Assembly: GCA_963788685.1 (NCBI GenBank)
Contig: CAWBHP010000011.1
Span: 449,350 to 513,349, forward strand
Length of the DNA stretch: 64,000 nt
Direction: 5' to 3'
DNA from: an uncultured Chloroflexia bacterium
Lineage (GTDB): Bacteria > Chloroflexota > Limnocylindria > Limnocylindrales > CSP1-4
Position numbers and translations under genes: made by a program. The notes under the pieces were generated by a model that searched no databases, was not told the DNA's origin, and saw only the letters and a list, made by a program, of their open reading frames with translations. The stretch's first letter is position 1. Each line of letters starts with the position of its first letter. This document shows positions 20,181-32,400 of the stretch, one piece after another.

Positions 20181-22201
20181 CAGCCAGAGGCGACGATCAC
20201 GCCCAGGATCTCGGCGCCGTAGCGCTCGAGCTTCAGGCGGGCCCATGCCCTTGATCCGTCGCAACCCGGCTAATGACTCCGGTCGGGCCTCGGCGATCGC
20301 GGCGAGCGTCGAATCGTGGGCGACGACAAAGGCAGGAACCGCGTCCGTCCGGGCCCGTTCCGTTCGCCACGCCCGCAGCGCCCCCAGCAGCGGCGATTCG
20401 CCCTCCCGCGCGGCCGGCGATGCGAAGCCATCCGGCAGCCGCACGACGCGCGGCCGGCGCGTCGCGGACAGATCGGGATCCGCGCCACCGGCCGGGCGCG
20501 GCACGAGGCCGTCCAGGAAGCGACTCGGGCGCCGGCGCGACTCGCGGCCTCGTGTCTCCCGCTGGTCCGCCCACGAGAGGGCGAGGTGGATCCGGGCGCG
20601 GGTGATCCCGACGTAGAGCAGCCGGCGCTCCTCCTCGAGCGCCGCGTCATCGTCGAACGACTGGCGGATCGGCAGGAAGCCTTCCTCGAGCATCGGCAGG
20701 AAGACGGCGTCCCACTCGAGGCCCTTCGCCCGGTGGTACGTCGCGAGCTCGACGCCGGCCGCCGTCGACGTCTCCTCCGCTGCCGCCCGTCGCCGGAGCT
20801 CGGCCAGCAGCGCCCCCTGTCCGCCGCCGGGTCCGCCGCCACGAGATCGGCGACGATCGAGGCGAGCGTCTCGAGCGCCGCCGCGCGTTCGCCGGCCTCG
20901 CCCCGTTCGGACGCCGCGCCCTCCTCGTACCCGAGCTCCTTCGTCCATAGGGCCCGAACGGCGCTGGCCAGGCGCTCCCCGGTCCCCTCCCCGGCCCGCC
21001 CGGACCAGGTCGATCGCGGCTCTTGACCTCCGGCCGCCGCCAGAACCCGAGTCCTCTCACCCGGTAGCCGATCCCGGCGCGCGTCAGGGCCGCCTCGATC
21101 GGTGCGAGCTGGGCATTCGTCCGGACGAGCACGGCGACTTCGGCGGGTTCGGTCCCGGCGGCAAGCAGCGTCCGGATCCCGGCGGCGAGTGCCACGAGCT
21201 CCGCCTCGGCGGTCGGGTGACGGGTGATCGTCGGCCGCGGACCGGACGGGCGCGTCGCGGTCAGCCGCTTCGAGCGGCCCGCCGAGGCGATGAGCCGGTT
21301 CGCCAGGTCGAGGACCTCCGGGCTCGAGCGATAGTTCTCGGTCAGGGCGATCACCCTGGTCCCGGCGTGGCGCTCGGCGAACGAGGTCAGGTAGTCGGAC
21401 GTTGCCCCGGTGAACGTGTAGATCGTCTGGTCCTCGTCGCCGACGACGCAGACATCCGGCCGGTCGCCGGCCCAGAGCTCGAGCAGCCGCTGCTGGAGCG
21501 GGTTCGTGTCCTGGTATTCGTCGACGCTGAACCAGCGTTTGCGGGCTCGGACGATCTCGGCGGCGTCGAGGTCGTGTTCGAGGAGATCGACCGCGCCGAT
21601 CAGCATGTCGTCGAAGTCGAGCCGGCCGGCTCGGACCTTCGCCCGTTCGTAGTCGGCGAACACCCGGATGAACAGGTCCACAGGCAGCGGCGGCTCGCGG
21701 CGCGCAGCCGCGGCCGCGGCCTCGTAGCCCGCCGGGTTGAACGCGGCGGCTCTTGGCCCACTCGATCTCGTCGGCGAGGTCCTTCGCCGGCGTGAAGCGG
21801 TAGTGGCCGGGCAGGCCCCGCGCGAGCCTCGAGAGGATCGGCAGCTTCGTGCTGAGGATCTCCGGCAGCGGCGCGCCGTCATGGTTGAGCGGCCAGAAGT
21901 GGCGGAGCTGGCTGAGGGCATGGGCATGGAACGTTCGAGCCGAAACGCCCGGCAGGCCGAGCGACCGGAGGCGCTCCATCATCTCGCCGGCGGCCTTGTC
22001 GGTGAACGTGACGACGAGGACCTGGTCCGCCGGCACGACGCCCGAGGCGATCGCGAACGCCGTCCGCCGGCTGATCACCCGCGTCTTGCCGGTCCCTGCC
22101 CCGGCGATGATCGCGACCGGGCCGTCGACGGCGCGGACCGCCTCGAGCTGGGCCTCGTTCAGGTCGTCAAGGAGGTGGTCATGCGGCGCGAGGGTGGGCA
22201 C
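20181..22201 (-). CDS. UvrD/PcrA/Rep-family ATP-dependent DNA helicase with C-terminal HRDC/HhH-like tail; about 4 frame breaks
   Basis: Walker A IIAGAGTGKT, DEYQDTN, VGDEDQTIYTFTGA, TENYRSS, YHRAKGLEWDAVFLP and LLYVGITRAR are all present. The segments lie in the frames of ORFs 20270..22201, 20647..21927 and 19986..20948, then a last shift gives ...IKGMGPAKLERYGAEILGVIVASG*. Breaks near 21770, 21010, 20830 and 20240. Confidence 0.8.
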
Positions 22202-22349
22202 CAGGCAAGGCTAGCAGCCGCCACTCACCGGCCGCTCAACCGGTCTCCGCTGGACCTCCGCCGCGTCTCCACAGCCTGCTCACAATCGAGCCCGACGATG
22301 GCATCACCAGGCGATCGAGAACGGTCGCCGACAAGGAGAAACGATCGAA

Positions 22350-22775
22350 ATGAACGGACGGACGATCGCCGGCGTGGTGCTGGCACTCATCCTCGTGGCC
22401 GGGGCAACGGTCATCGGGATCACCGCGTACAACGCGGGCGTGACGGCGGGCCTCGTCGAGAGCGGCCAGGTCGTCATCGGGCCGGGCCAGGCCGTGGGGC
22501 CGTACGTCGGCGGCTATGGCTACGGCTGGGGCCACGGCGGCTTCGGGTTCTTCGGCTTCCTCGGGACGCTCTTCTTCATCTTCCTCGTCTTCGCCCTGCT
22601 CCGGGCCGTCCTGGGCGGCGGCCGTCGTGGCGGTTGGGGCGGGCCGGGCTGGGGCGGACGGGGTGGCCAGTACGGTCGCGGACCCTGGAGCGACCGGGCC
22701 CGGGAGATCCACGACGAGCTGCACCGCGAGAGCGGCCAGGCGGGCAAGGATCCGACCGACCAGCCGCGGAGCTGA
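22350..22775 (+). CDS. Glycine-rich small membrane protein
   Basis: Intact 141-aa ORF with TM helix IAGVVLALILVAGATVIGI, a Gly/aromatic stretch GGYGYGWGHGGFGFFGFLGTLFFIFLVFALL, then GGGRRGGWGGPGWGGRGG. Confidence 0.55.
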   Translation: MNGRTIAGVVLALILVAGATVIGITAYNAGVTAGLVESGQVVIGPGQAVGPYVGGYGYGWGHGGFGFFGFLGTLFFIFLVFALLRAVLGGGRRGGWGGPGWGGRGGQYGRGPWSDRAREIHDELHRESGQAGKDPTDQPRS

Positions 22776-22842
22776 CAAGATCGGCGCCGGCCTCCACAAG
22801 CGGGGCCGGCGCCTCCGTTTTCACAGCCTACGATGGCATCCG

Positions 22843-23543
22843 ATGAAGACCATTCTCGTCGTCGACGACGAACCGAAGATTGCCGCCCTTGCCCGTGACT
22901 ACCTGGAGCACGCGGGCTTCGCCGTCGTGATCGCGGCGGACGGTCGATCGGCACTGGAGGCCGTCGGCCGGACGAGGCCCGATCTCGTCGTCCTGGATCT
23001 CGGGCTACCCGAGGTCGACGGCCTCGATGTGACGCGGGCGATCCGTCGCGATTCGTCGCTGCCGATCGTGATGCTGACCGCCCGCGACGACGAGATCGAC
23101 AAGCTGCTCGGGCTCGAGCTGGGCGCGGACGACTACCTGACGAAGCCGTTCAGTCCGCGCGAGCTCGTCGCCCGGGTCAAGGCCGTGCTCCGCCGGGTCG
23201 ACGCCGGGACGCCAGCCCGACCCGGGCAGCCGGGATGATCGTCCGGGCCGGCGACCTGACCCTTGACGTTCCGCGGATGCGGACGGACATCGCCGGCCGG
23301 CCGATCGAACTGACGCCTACCGAGTTCCAGCTCCTCGCGACGATGGCCGCCCAGCCCGGCCGGATCTTCACCCGCTCGCAGCTCCTCGACGCCGTCCATG
23401 GCGTCGCCTTCGAGTCGTACGAGCGGGCGATCGACACCCACGTCAAGAACATCCGCCGCAAGCTCGAGCCCGATCCGCGCGAGCCGCGCTATCTCCTGAC
23501 CGTCTACGGCGTCGGCTACCGGTTCGCGGACGATCGCCCGTGA
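22843..23543 (+). CDS. OmpR/PhoB-family response regulator; one frame break
   Basis: MKTILVVDDEPKIAAL...DLVVLDLGLPEVDG...TKPFSPRELVARV (receiver, tail of ORF 22516..23238) joins ORF 23235..23543 (winged helix: LTPTEFQLLATMAAQPGRIFTRSQLL...YLLTVYGVGYRF) near 23220-23240. Confidence 0.85.
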
Positions 23544-24702
23544 GTGGATCGCGTCGCGGGCGCGGCCGAGGAGCGTGGGCGGGACACGGCGAGCGCCCGG
23601 GCTGGTGGCCGGCCGAGGAGCCGTGGCCGCCGCGCGGTGGACGCGGTCCGTGGGGGAGGCGCCGAGGACCGTGGGCGCGCGGGTTCGGCTGCCTGTTCGG
23701 GATCGCGTTCCTGATCGGGCTGGTCGGACTCGTGGGGCTCGTCGGCAGCGTCGTGATGGCGAGCGGGCCATTCGGCGACGTCGCGCGGCTGCTGGGGATC
23801 GGGATCGTCGTCCTCGGAGTGCTCGCGATCGCCGGAACCGGCCGGATGTTCCGCCGCGTGGCGTTCTCGCTCGACGAGCTCGTCGAGGCGGCCGACCGCG
23901 TCGAGCACGGCGACTACACGACGCGTGTCAGGGTCCCGCGGGCCGGGCCGCGGCCGATGCGCGACCTCGCCCGCGGCTTCAACGAGATGGTCACCCGCCT
24001 GGAAGCCGATGAGGCACAGCGGCGGAGGCTCCTCGCCGACGTGAGCCACGAGCTCCGAACGCCGCTGGCGGTGGTCCAGGGCAACATCGAGGCGATGCTC
24101 GACGGCGTCCACGAGGTCGACGAGGCACACCTCGGCGCGATCCTCGAGGAGACGCGGGTCCTCGGCCGGCTCGTCGACGACCTCCGGACCGTCGCCCTGT
24201 CGGAGAGTGGCAGCCTGCCGCTCCACCGGGAGCCCACGGATCTTGCCATCGTGGCGACGGATGCCGTCGGGGCGTTCCGGTCCTCCGCCCAGGCCGCCGG
24301 GGTCGAGCTCGAGATCGAGATCGCGGACGACATCCCGCTGCTCGAGGTCGATCCGGTCCGGATCCGCGAGGTCATCTCGAACCTCGTCGCGAACGCCCTG
24401 CGGCACACGCCCGCCGGCGGGTCGATCGCGCTCGACGTCCGGCTGGACGACGGCGGCCCGGGCGGACCAGACGCGGCGATGGCCCGCGTTCGGTCGTCGT
24501 GACGGTTCGCGACACGGGCTCCGGCATCGAGCCGGACCTCCTGCCTCACGTGTTCGACCGGTTCGCCAAGGCCGCCGGGCTCACGCGGCTCGGGGCTGGG
24601 ACTCGCGATCGCCCGCGGCCTCGTCGAGGCGCACGGCGGCTCGATCGACGTCGAGAGCGCGCCCGGACGCGGCTCGACGTTCCGGTTCCGGCTGCCGGTT
24701 AG
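23540..24702 (+). CDS. Sensor histidine kinase (TM-HAMP-HisKA-HATPase_c); at least 2 frame breaks, 3' end uncertain
   Basis: The GTG overlaps the regulator stop (GTGA). His[24 protein letters not shown] box [14 protein letters not shown]1 [20 protein letters not shown], and G2 in a third frame ([35 protein letters not shown]). Breaks near 24480-24500 and 24575-24595. The true stop lies somewhere in 24700-24725. Confidence 0.8.
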
Positions 24703-24743
24703 CCGCGGGCGAAGCCGACTAGCTCTCGCCGCGCCCCGGGACA

Positions 24744-25972
24744 TCAGGCTGCCGGCAGGATCCGCGATCGTGCCGAGTGGGCGAGTCGTGGATCGGCCAG
24801 CGCAACGACCGCGGCACAGGCAAGGCCGACGATCGTGGCGAGGATCGTCGCCTCGAAGCCGGCCGACGCGATGATCGGCGCAGCGCCGATGCTCCCGAGC
24901 ACGAGCGCCCCGGCCAGCGCCGCCGAGAGCATCGCGAAGGCGCTGCCCCGATCGGCATCGGTGCTCCGCCGCGAGATCTCGACGAGCAGTGGCGTCAGGA
25001 CGAGCCCCGCGCCGCCGCCCGTCAGGGCGCCGGCGACGACGAGGACGGGCGTCGACGGCGGCAGCACGAGGAGGCCGATAGCGAGGGCCGTCGCCAGCAA
25101 TCCGGCCAGCACGAGCCAGCGCGGCTGGATCCGATCGGCCAGCCAGCCCGACGGGATGCGGAGCGCCAGCACGGCGATCCCGTCGGCGACGAAGAACAGC
25201 CCGACGTCGGCGCCCGCCAGCTCGGCGCGCTGCGGCAGGTAGGCCGTCACGACGCCCCAGTGCGCCACGTACAGCAGCGTGATGACGAGCAGCGGCGATC
25301 CACTCCCGCCGGAACGCGAAGCCGAGCCATCTCGAGGCGAGCACGGGAGGCTTCGATCCTGGCGCGTCCGGCTGCTGCTCGCTGGCGCCTCCGCGGTGCT
25401 CGTGGACGGTCGACGGCCGCAGCCTGATCGGGGCCGCGACGAGCACCAGGACCCCGAGGCCGACGATGCCGACGACGACGAGCGCGACCGGATCGAGCGA
25501 GGAGCCCTCGGCCGAGCACGGCGAGCGAGAGCGGCGGCATCGCGATGAGCGTGAGGTTGTGGGCGCTGCCGATGAACGCGAGGCCGAAGCCCCGGCGGTC
25601 CGGCGCCACGAGCCGGGCGACGAGCGACAGCGCCGCCGGCAGCGTCAGCGCGATGCCGATCCCCTGGCTGACCCGGGCGACGACGAACGGCAGCCGGTCG
25701 CCGGCCGGATCGACGCCCGGCAGGAGCAGCACGCCGGCGCCGATGAGGTAGGCAACGGCGCCGACGGCGAGCAGCCGGAGCCCGCCGAAGCGGTCGACAA
25801 GTGCCCCGCCGACGAAGGCCGCCGGGACCTGGACGACCGCCGCAAGCCCGACGATGACGCCGATCTCCGCGTCGGCTACGCCCGCCCGGGCGAGCGCAAC
25901 CGGCAGCGAGGCGGTGAAGCCATGGAACCCGGACTGAAGAGCGAACAGCGCGAGGGCGAGGCGGACGAGCAT
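24744..25972 (-). CDS. MFS transporter; at least 2 frame breaks
   Basis: The N-terminal half lies in ORF 25247..26053 ([19 protein letters not shown]...[18 protein letters not shown]). A linker lies in ORF 23914..25446. The C-terminal half lies in ORF 24744..26090 (...[20 protein letters not shown]...[21 protein letters not shown]...). About 12 hydrophobic helices in total. Breaks near 25500 and 25300. Confidence 0.75.
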
Positions 25973-26075
25973 CGGCCCATCTTCGCCCAGCCGGCCGCCC
26001 GATGAGAGCTTCGTACGGGGTGCCGGCCCCGAGTGGGGGTTGCGCCGCACCACCGCCAGCGGTCACCCTAGGCTC

Positions 26076-27750
26076 ATGGTTGGACGACACCGCCGCCCCC
26101 CGTCACGTCCCCTCCCCCGAATCGTCGCCGCCGCGGCGATCCTGGCGTCGGTCGATCCTCGCCTCCACTGCCGGTCCCGCCGCAGCCGGCTTCCCGGACC
26201 GGGACGGGCGCCTATCACGATTACGCCGAAACCGAGGCTCGAGATCAAGGCCGTCGAGGCGGCCGAACCGGCGATCGTCGACGTCTTCAAGTTCGGCAAC
26301 GAGCCACCAGGGCCGGACCATCTGGGCCGCGAAGGTCAGCGACAACGTCGCGGCTCGACGAGAACGAGCCCGAGATCCTGTTCGACGCCCTCCACCATGC
26401 CCGCGAGCACATGACCGTCGAGCAGGCGCTCTACCTCCTCCACCTGCTGGCCGACAACTACGGCTCGGACGCGACCGATCACGAACCTCGTCAACAGCCG
26501 GGAGGTCTGGATCGTCTTCGCCCTCAATCCGGACGGCGGCGAGTACGACCTGACGTGCGACGGCGCGTCCGCGCCCCGTACTGCGCCTGGCGCAAGAACC
26601 GCCAGCCGAACGGCTTCGGGCAGCCGATCGGGACCGATCTCAACCGCAACTACGACTATCGCTGGGGCTGCTGCGGCGGCTCGTCGGGCAACCCGTCCTC
26701 GATCACCTACCGCGGCTCGAGCCCGTTCTACGCCAACGGAAGCGCGGGTCATGCGCGACTTCGTCAACAGCCGCGTGCAAGAACGGGATCCAGCAGATCC
26801 GCGCCCACGTCACGTTCCACACGAACGGCGAGCTGATCCTCTGGCCGTACGGCTACACCCGAACGGACATCCCGTCGGACATGTCGGTCGAGGACCACAG
26901 CACGTTCGTCGCGATGGGCAAGGCGATGGCGAGCCTCAACGGCTACAAGGCCGAGCAGTCGAGCGACCTCTACATCACCGACGGCGACCAGATCGACTGG
27001 ATGTACGGCGTCCACCGGATCTTCTCGTTCACCTGGGAGCTCTACCCGCCGGAGACAGGCGTCCGTCTGGGACGACCACTACTCGCCGGACGAGGCGATC
27101 GCGCCCGCAGACGGCCCGCAACCGCGGCGCCCTCCTCTACCTCATCGATATCGGCGGCTGCCCGTACCGCGCGATCGGCCAAGGAAACGACGCACTGCGG
27201 CGCCTTCAACGACGACTTCGAGATCTACCGCTTCTGGTCAACGGACCCGTACGGCACGGATACGGCCACGGGTGGCGACGTGGGTCGCGGCGCGATCCGG
27301 GGCCGACGTTCTCCGGTGGCTATCCGATCCAGCTCGGGACGGCGTCGTCCGGGGCGCAGGCGATGGTGACGGGCGGACCCGCCGGGACCGGCGCCAACCA
27401 GTACGACCTCGACGGCGGGACGACGACGATCCGTTCGGCTCCGATCAAGCTGCCCGCCAAGGTCGGCTCGCTGACGTTCCGCTACTACCTCGCCCACGGC
27501 TCGAACAGCTCGACGAAGGACTCGTTCATGGCCTGGGTCGAAGTCGGCGGGACGCGGTTTCGAGTGTTCCGGGACTTCGGCGCCGGCGTCATCCAGCAGG
27601 GCAAGTGGACGAAAGCCGGCGCTGCCCTCTGACGAAATGGGCCGGGCAGACGATCCGGATCGTGTTCACGGCGACCGACGGCGGCCCGGACAGCCTCCTG
27701 GAGGCCGGCGTAGACGACGTCCGAATCGAGATTCGGCCATGGCTCGGGCT
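26076..27750 (+). CDS. Exported M14 zinc carboxypeptidase with C-terminal beta-rich domain; about 14 frame breaks, 3' end not defined
   Basis: After frame correction it reads ...YHDYAETEAEIKAVEAAEPAIVDVFKFG.SHQGRTIWAAKVSDNV..DENEPEILFDALHHAREHMTVEQALYLLHLL...WIVFALNPDGGEYD...WRKNRQPN...GTDLNRNYDYRWG...HVTFHTNGELILWPYGY...ITDGDQIDWMYG...FSFTWELYP. No stop in any frame follows VDDVRIEI before the next gene. Confidence 0.7.
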
Positions 27751-27866
27751 CGCCAGGTCTCGGAGGGCCGGTCGCAGACACGCGATGCGCGGGGAACCTC
27801 GTGCTGTCGGGAGGCGTCAGGGGCGCCACGCGGACCCACCAGGTCCGACTCCCAGGAGATCGACCG

Positions 27867-28911
27867 ATGCGACGACTCGGCATCATCCTCCCGGCCACGC
27901 TGCTGGGACTCCTCCTGACCGCCGGTCCGACCCTCGCCTGTGGCGGGCTCATCGGACCTAACGGCGCGGTCAACCTCCTCCGGACGACGACGTTCGCCGG
28001 TTACCACGACGGCGTCGAGCACTACATCACGGCGTTCCAGTTCGCCGGTGGTGGTGGAGCATTCGGCTCGATCACGCCGTTGCCGGCGGTCCCGACGAGC
28101 GTCGAGAAGGGCGGCGACTGGACCCTCCAGCGGCTGATCCGCGAGACCGAAGCCCAGCGATTGACCTTCCTCTCGGATGCGGCGGGTAGCCCGGCTGCCT
28201 CCGGCGCGGAGGAGCTCATGAAGGTCCGCATCGACGCCCTCGACATCACCGTGCTTCGCGGCGGCGCCGCCGACATCGGGACGTGGGCGAGCGATCACGG
28301 CTTCCGCCTCCCGCCCGACGCGCCCGAGGTCCTCGAGTTCTACGCTGCGCGCAGCCAGATCTTCCTCGCCGCGGCCTTCGACGCCGATGCCGCGGCAGAG
28401 CGCGGCCAGCAGGTCGGTGACGGAACGTCCGTCCACATCACGATCCCGACCGATAACCCGTGGGTTCCACTCCGGATCCTGGCTCTCGGCAAGACGGGCA
28501 GTGAGCGGATCGACGCCGACGTGTTCCTCCTGACCGACGCGCCGCCCGTCCTGCTCCCCGCGCCGACCGGCAGCAACGGGATGCGTCTCGACCACAATTC
28601 GTCTTGCCACGAACAGCCTCCTCGACGACCTCCGGTCGGACCGGGGCATGGAGTGGGTCCCGACGACCGCGTGGCTGACGAAGGTGGCCATCGACTCCTC
28701 CGCCAGTGGCCTCTCGTACGACCTGGCGATCGATGCGAGCGGCGCCGGGGCGCCGTCCCGGGTCGACGCCGGCTTGGCGGCGCCCGGCTCGCCGTCGATC
28801 GGTGGCGGGGCCGACATCGCCCGCCTCCTGCTCGCAGTGCTCTTCTCCCTCATGGGCGTGGCGGGGATCCACCTGATGACCCGCTATCGGCCAAGCGACG
28901 CGCTCGGCTGA
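27867..28911 (+). CDS. Exported DUF2330-family protein with C-terminal TM anchor; one frame break
   Basis: AGGAGA 8 nt before the ATG at 27867. MRRLGIILPATLLGLLLTAGPTLACGGLIGPNG... matches the DUF2330 N-terminus as I recall it. ORF 27801..29351 joins ORF 28648..28911 near 28590-28610. Anchor ARLLLAVLFSLMGVAGIHL. Confidence 0.6.
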
Positions 28912-28925
28912 TCGGCGCACAGAGC

Positions 28926-29351
28926 ATGTCCATCGATCGCGCCGTCGCGGCTCTCGGACTCGGGCTCGCGACGGCGCTCGGGGCGGCGGCAGTCGCCGGG
29001 GCCGTATCTCGCTCGAACGAGCCGATCGTCGTCGACGTGACGATCCATTACTCCAGGTTCGAGCCGGCCGCGATCAGCGTCCCGGCCGGACGGCCGGTGA
29101 CATTCGTCATCCACAACACGGACCCGATCGATCACGAGTGGATCGTCGGCGACGAAGGGCTTCACGAACGACACCGGACGGGAACGGAGCCGGTCCACGA
29201 CGCTCGCCCGACGGAAGTCTCGATCGACGCCCTCACGGAGCGCTCGACGACGGTGACGTTCGCCCAACCGGGCCAATTGACGTTCATCTGCCATTTGCCC
29301 GGCCACGAGGCCTACGGCATGACGGGGACGCTGACGGTCACCGGCAGCTGA
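28926..29351 (+). CDS. Cupredoxin-fold (plastocyanin/azurin-like) copper-binding protein
   Basis: Signal/anchor MSIDRAVAALGLGLATALGAAAVAGAV. Type-1 Cu ligand pattern ...DPIDHEW... and FICHLPGHEAYGM (C-x2-H-x4-M). Confidence 0.75.
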   Translation: MSIDRAVAALGLGLATALGAAAVAGAVSRSNEPIVVDVTIHYSRFEPAAISVPAGRPVTFVIHNTDPIDHEWIVGDEGLHERHRTGTEPVHDARPTEVSIDALTERSTTVTFAQPGQLTFICHLPGHEAYGMTGTLTVTGS

Positions 29352-29369
29352 GGCAATCGCGGAATCACG

Positions 29370-29402
29370 AAGGCCCCGCCGGAGGCGGGGCCTTCTTCTT
29401 GT
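29370..29402. terminator. Rho-independent-type terminator between convergent genes
   Basis: AAGGCCCCGC (29370-29379) pairs with GCGGGGCCTT (29385-29394) around a 5-nt loop. It is followed by CTTCTTGT on the + strand, 19 nt after the cupredoxin stop and 17 nt before the stop of the - strand gene at 29419. Confidence 0.75.
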
Positions 29403-29418
29403 CCGCGTTGGACGGGGA

Positions 29419-32400
29419 TTACGGGCTGCCTTGCGGGATCTCCGTGACGAGGATCCCATTGACGAACGGGGTATCGCCGACGTGGCCGACAAACGAGATG
29501 TCGAGGACGCCGTCGGTGACTTCGACCATGACACTTCGATCGTAGGCGGTGAGCACACCGCCGGCTCCGAGGCGACGTCGAGCTGCCAGATCAGCGGCGC
29601 GTTCTCGAACGCGACGCTGAAGATGCGATCACCGGGGCCCACTCGCCTGGAACTCGGCAAATGACAGGTCGACGCGATACGTGCCGTCGGGGACGGCGAA
29701 CCGGTAGTCGCTCATCCCGGAGACGCTGGTTCCTGTACAGCGGATCGCGGTCAGTTCCGGCGATGTCGCTGGCCGTGGAGGCGGAGCTGCCGCCCGTGTA
29801 TCCGAACGCGCCGGACATGAACGCGCGGTCCGCTCACGTAGGTGATGCCCGTAGCCGGGTCGACGTACGTGAAGCCACCCGCGTTGATGCCCTGCTGGTA
29901 GGCCGGCACGAGGAGCGTGACCGGCACCTGGACGTTGCCGAGGTCGGGATCGTTCGTCTGGACGACGAGGATCGCCCGATGGGCCCCTGGCGCGAGCCCG
30001 GTCAGTCGACGTGGATATCGACGATCGGCGGACCCATCGGGCGCCACCGTACCCGTCTCCGGGTCGACGGTCAGCCACGGCACGTCGCTGAAGAGCGGCA
30101 GTCCGGATTCGATGAGGTACGCCTGACCGTCGTTCTGGCTGACGGTCCAGATGTTGCCGGTGTTGTCGAGCTCGATGCCGGCGCCGTTGAACCCGGGACT
30201 CGGGTGCGGCAGCGCCATCGAAGCCTTCGCAATTGATCGGGTCGATGAGGTAGATCGTGTCGGTATCGCTGTTCGTCGCTTCCCAGAGCATCCCGAACGA
30301 GCTATTCCAGGCGAGGCCCGAAATGTTCGGATCGGATGGCTGGCATTCGTTGAGCGTCTCGCCCGGCGTCGGGTGCGACGGGCCGGCGACGCGATAGACG
30401 ATGCCTTCGTTCCAGCCGCCGATGTAGAACACGTCGGCCGCCGGGTCGTAGGCGAGGCCGCGCTGGTCCACGGAGTCCCAGGGCGAGCCGGTGATCACCT
30501 GCTCGACCGAGCCGTCGGCCGGGTCGAGACCGTAGATGCCGTTGTCGCCACCGATGTTGACCTGCCAGAGCAGGTTCCGGCCGGCGTCAAAGGCCATGTC
30601 GCCACCGAACGCCTCGATCCACGGCGACTCGAATGAGTTGCCGGTCAGGGCTCCGCCGGTGGTGAACTCCGTCGACCTGCAGACGCCTGCGAAGCCGCAG
30701 AGGTCGCCGTTGTCGAAGGCATCGCCGAGCCACACGTTACCCGTGTAGCCGACGGCCCACGGCAGAGCGACCCCCTCGGTCGGCCAGCTGGCGAGGACGT
30801 CGCCAGTGGACATGATGCTGCGCGGGACGACTGTCGCCGGACGGTTCGCTCCCTTGGTCGACGTCGCGTTCGGCGCGACCTTCGATCAGGGTCCGCTTGC
30901 CGGTCACGCCGGCGACCGTCGGGCCGCCGAGGTTGACCTCGCCGATATCGAACGTGAGATCGGCGTGGCCGTCCGGGTTGGCGATCGTGATGGTCCCGCG
31001 TGGCCTGGCGACCCGGGGTGAGGGTGAACGTGAATGGGCCGCCCTCGACGGTCCCATGAGGCTGGTTCCGATGGAGGGCTGCGTCGACACCGGTCCGCGT
31101 CGTACCGGCCGTGACGAGCTCGTCGCGCGTCAGGCCGACATAGCCCTCCTTGGCGAACTCCAGCGGCCACGTGCCACTGGGCGCGATGAGGGTATATGTC
31201 CCGTCACCGGCCGTGGTTGCGGTGGCATCGAGCGGGCTACCGTTCCACACCGAATGGAGAGTCACGTCCGACGCCGGCGAGCGGCTCTTCGCTATGGGCG
31301 TCGGTGACAGTGCCCGAGATGCCGCCCCACAATTCCGGCAGCGTCACGGTCAGGGTCACGTCGACCGTGACCTGGCGCGGCTTGGGCGCGTTCGTGAGGA
31401 AAACGACGGAACCTCGGTACTCACCGGGGGTGAGACTCGGGTCGCCGATGGTGAGGGTCACTGCCTGGCTGGCGCCGACGGCGAGCGAGCCGGAGGCCGG
31501 GCTCTCGGACAGCCACGGCAGGTCGGTGAAGAAGCCGGAGCTGATGCCGAAGGCAAGGTTCTCCCAGAGCTCGACACCGTCGGGGACGCCGTCGGCGTCG
31601 AGATCGGCACTGTTCTGGCCGTCAAGGAAGCCCCTGAAGGCGGTGCGTTCTTCGTTGGCGACGATGAGCGCCGCCTGGCCTTCGTCCGGACCGGGGGTCG
31701 TGTAGCCGGCGAGTGCTTCCGCCCCTTCGAGCGGGTCACCGCGCTGACCGTAGATCCCGTAGATCTCGCCGTCGAGCTCGGTGAACTCGGGGGCTTCCTC
31801 CGGGAACGTGAAGGCCGGATGCTCCGGCTGCCACCAGTAGACAGGGTTCGGTGGATCGAAGATGCTCTCCGCGAACGAGAAGCCGAGCCGCTCGAAGAGC
31901 GGATGGCTGGGATCGAACTCGATCAACCCACGTGTGGAAGATGAGCCGTCCGCCACTCTCGACATACGAGTTGAGGCTGTCGAAGACCGCGAAGTCCGGT
32001 CCCCAGTTGTCGTCGGCAAAGATCACGAGATCCCAGTCGCCCGACTCCAGGTCGGCCACGAAGCCATCGAAGTCGGCCTCGTAGTGGGCCGTGTACGACA
32101 GGCCGAGCCGTTGCAGGGCCTGGTCGACGTAGGTCTCCGGCGCCGGGTGGATCGGGTCGTCGGTGTAGACGAGGATCGATGTGTCGGCGGTCGGGTTGGC
32201 GGCCGTCCATTTGAAGGCCTTGGGATGGGCCACCGCGGTGCCGCCGCCGTTGACGGGCATGCGGATCGCAGGCTTGACGTCCTGACGCCAGGCGCCGGTG
32301 CCGGCTGCCGCTCCACCGATGACCGGCGGGCTGGAGCCCCGGCTGCGCTCCTTGGTCTCCCAGGCAAGCGGCGCCGAGCCGACGTTGCCCAGGGTGACAG

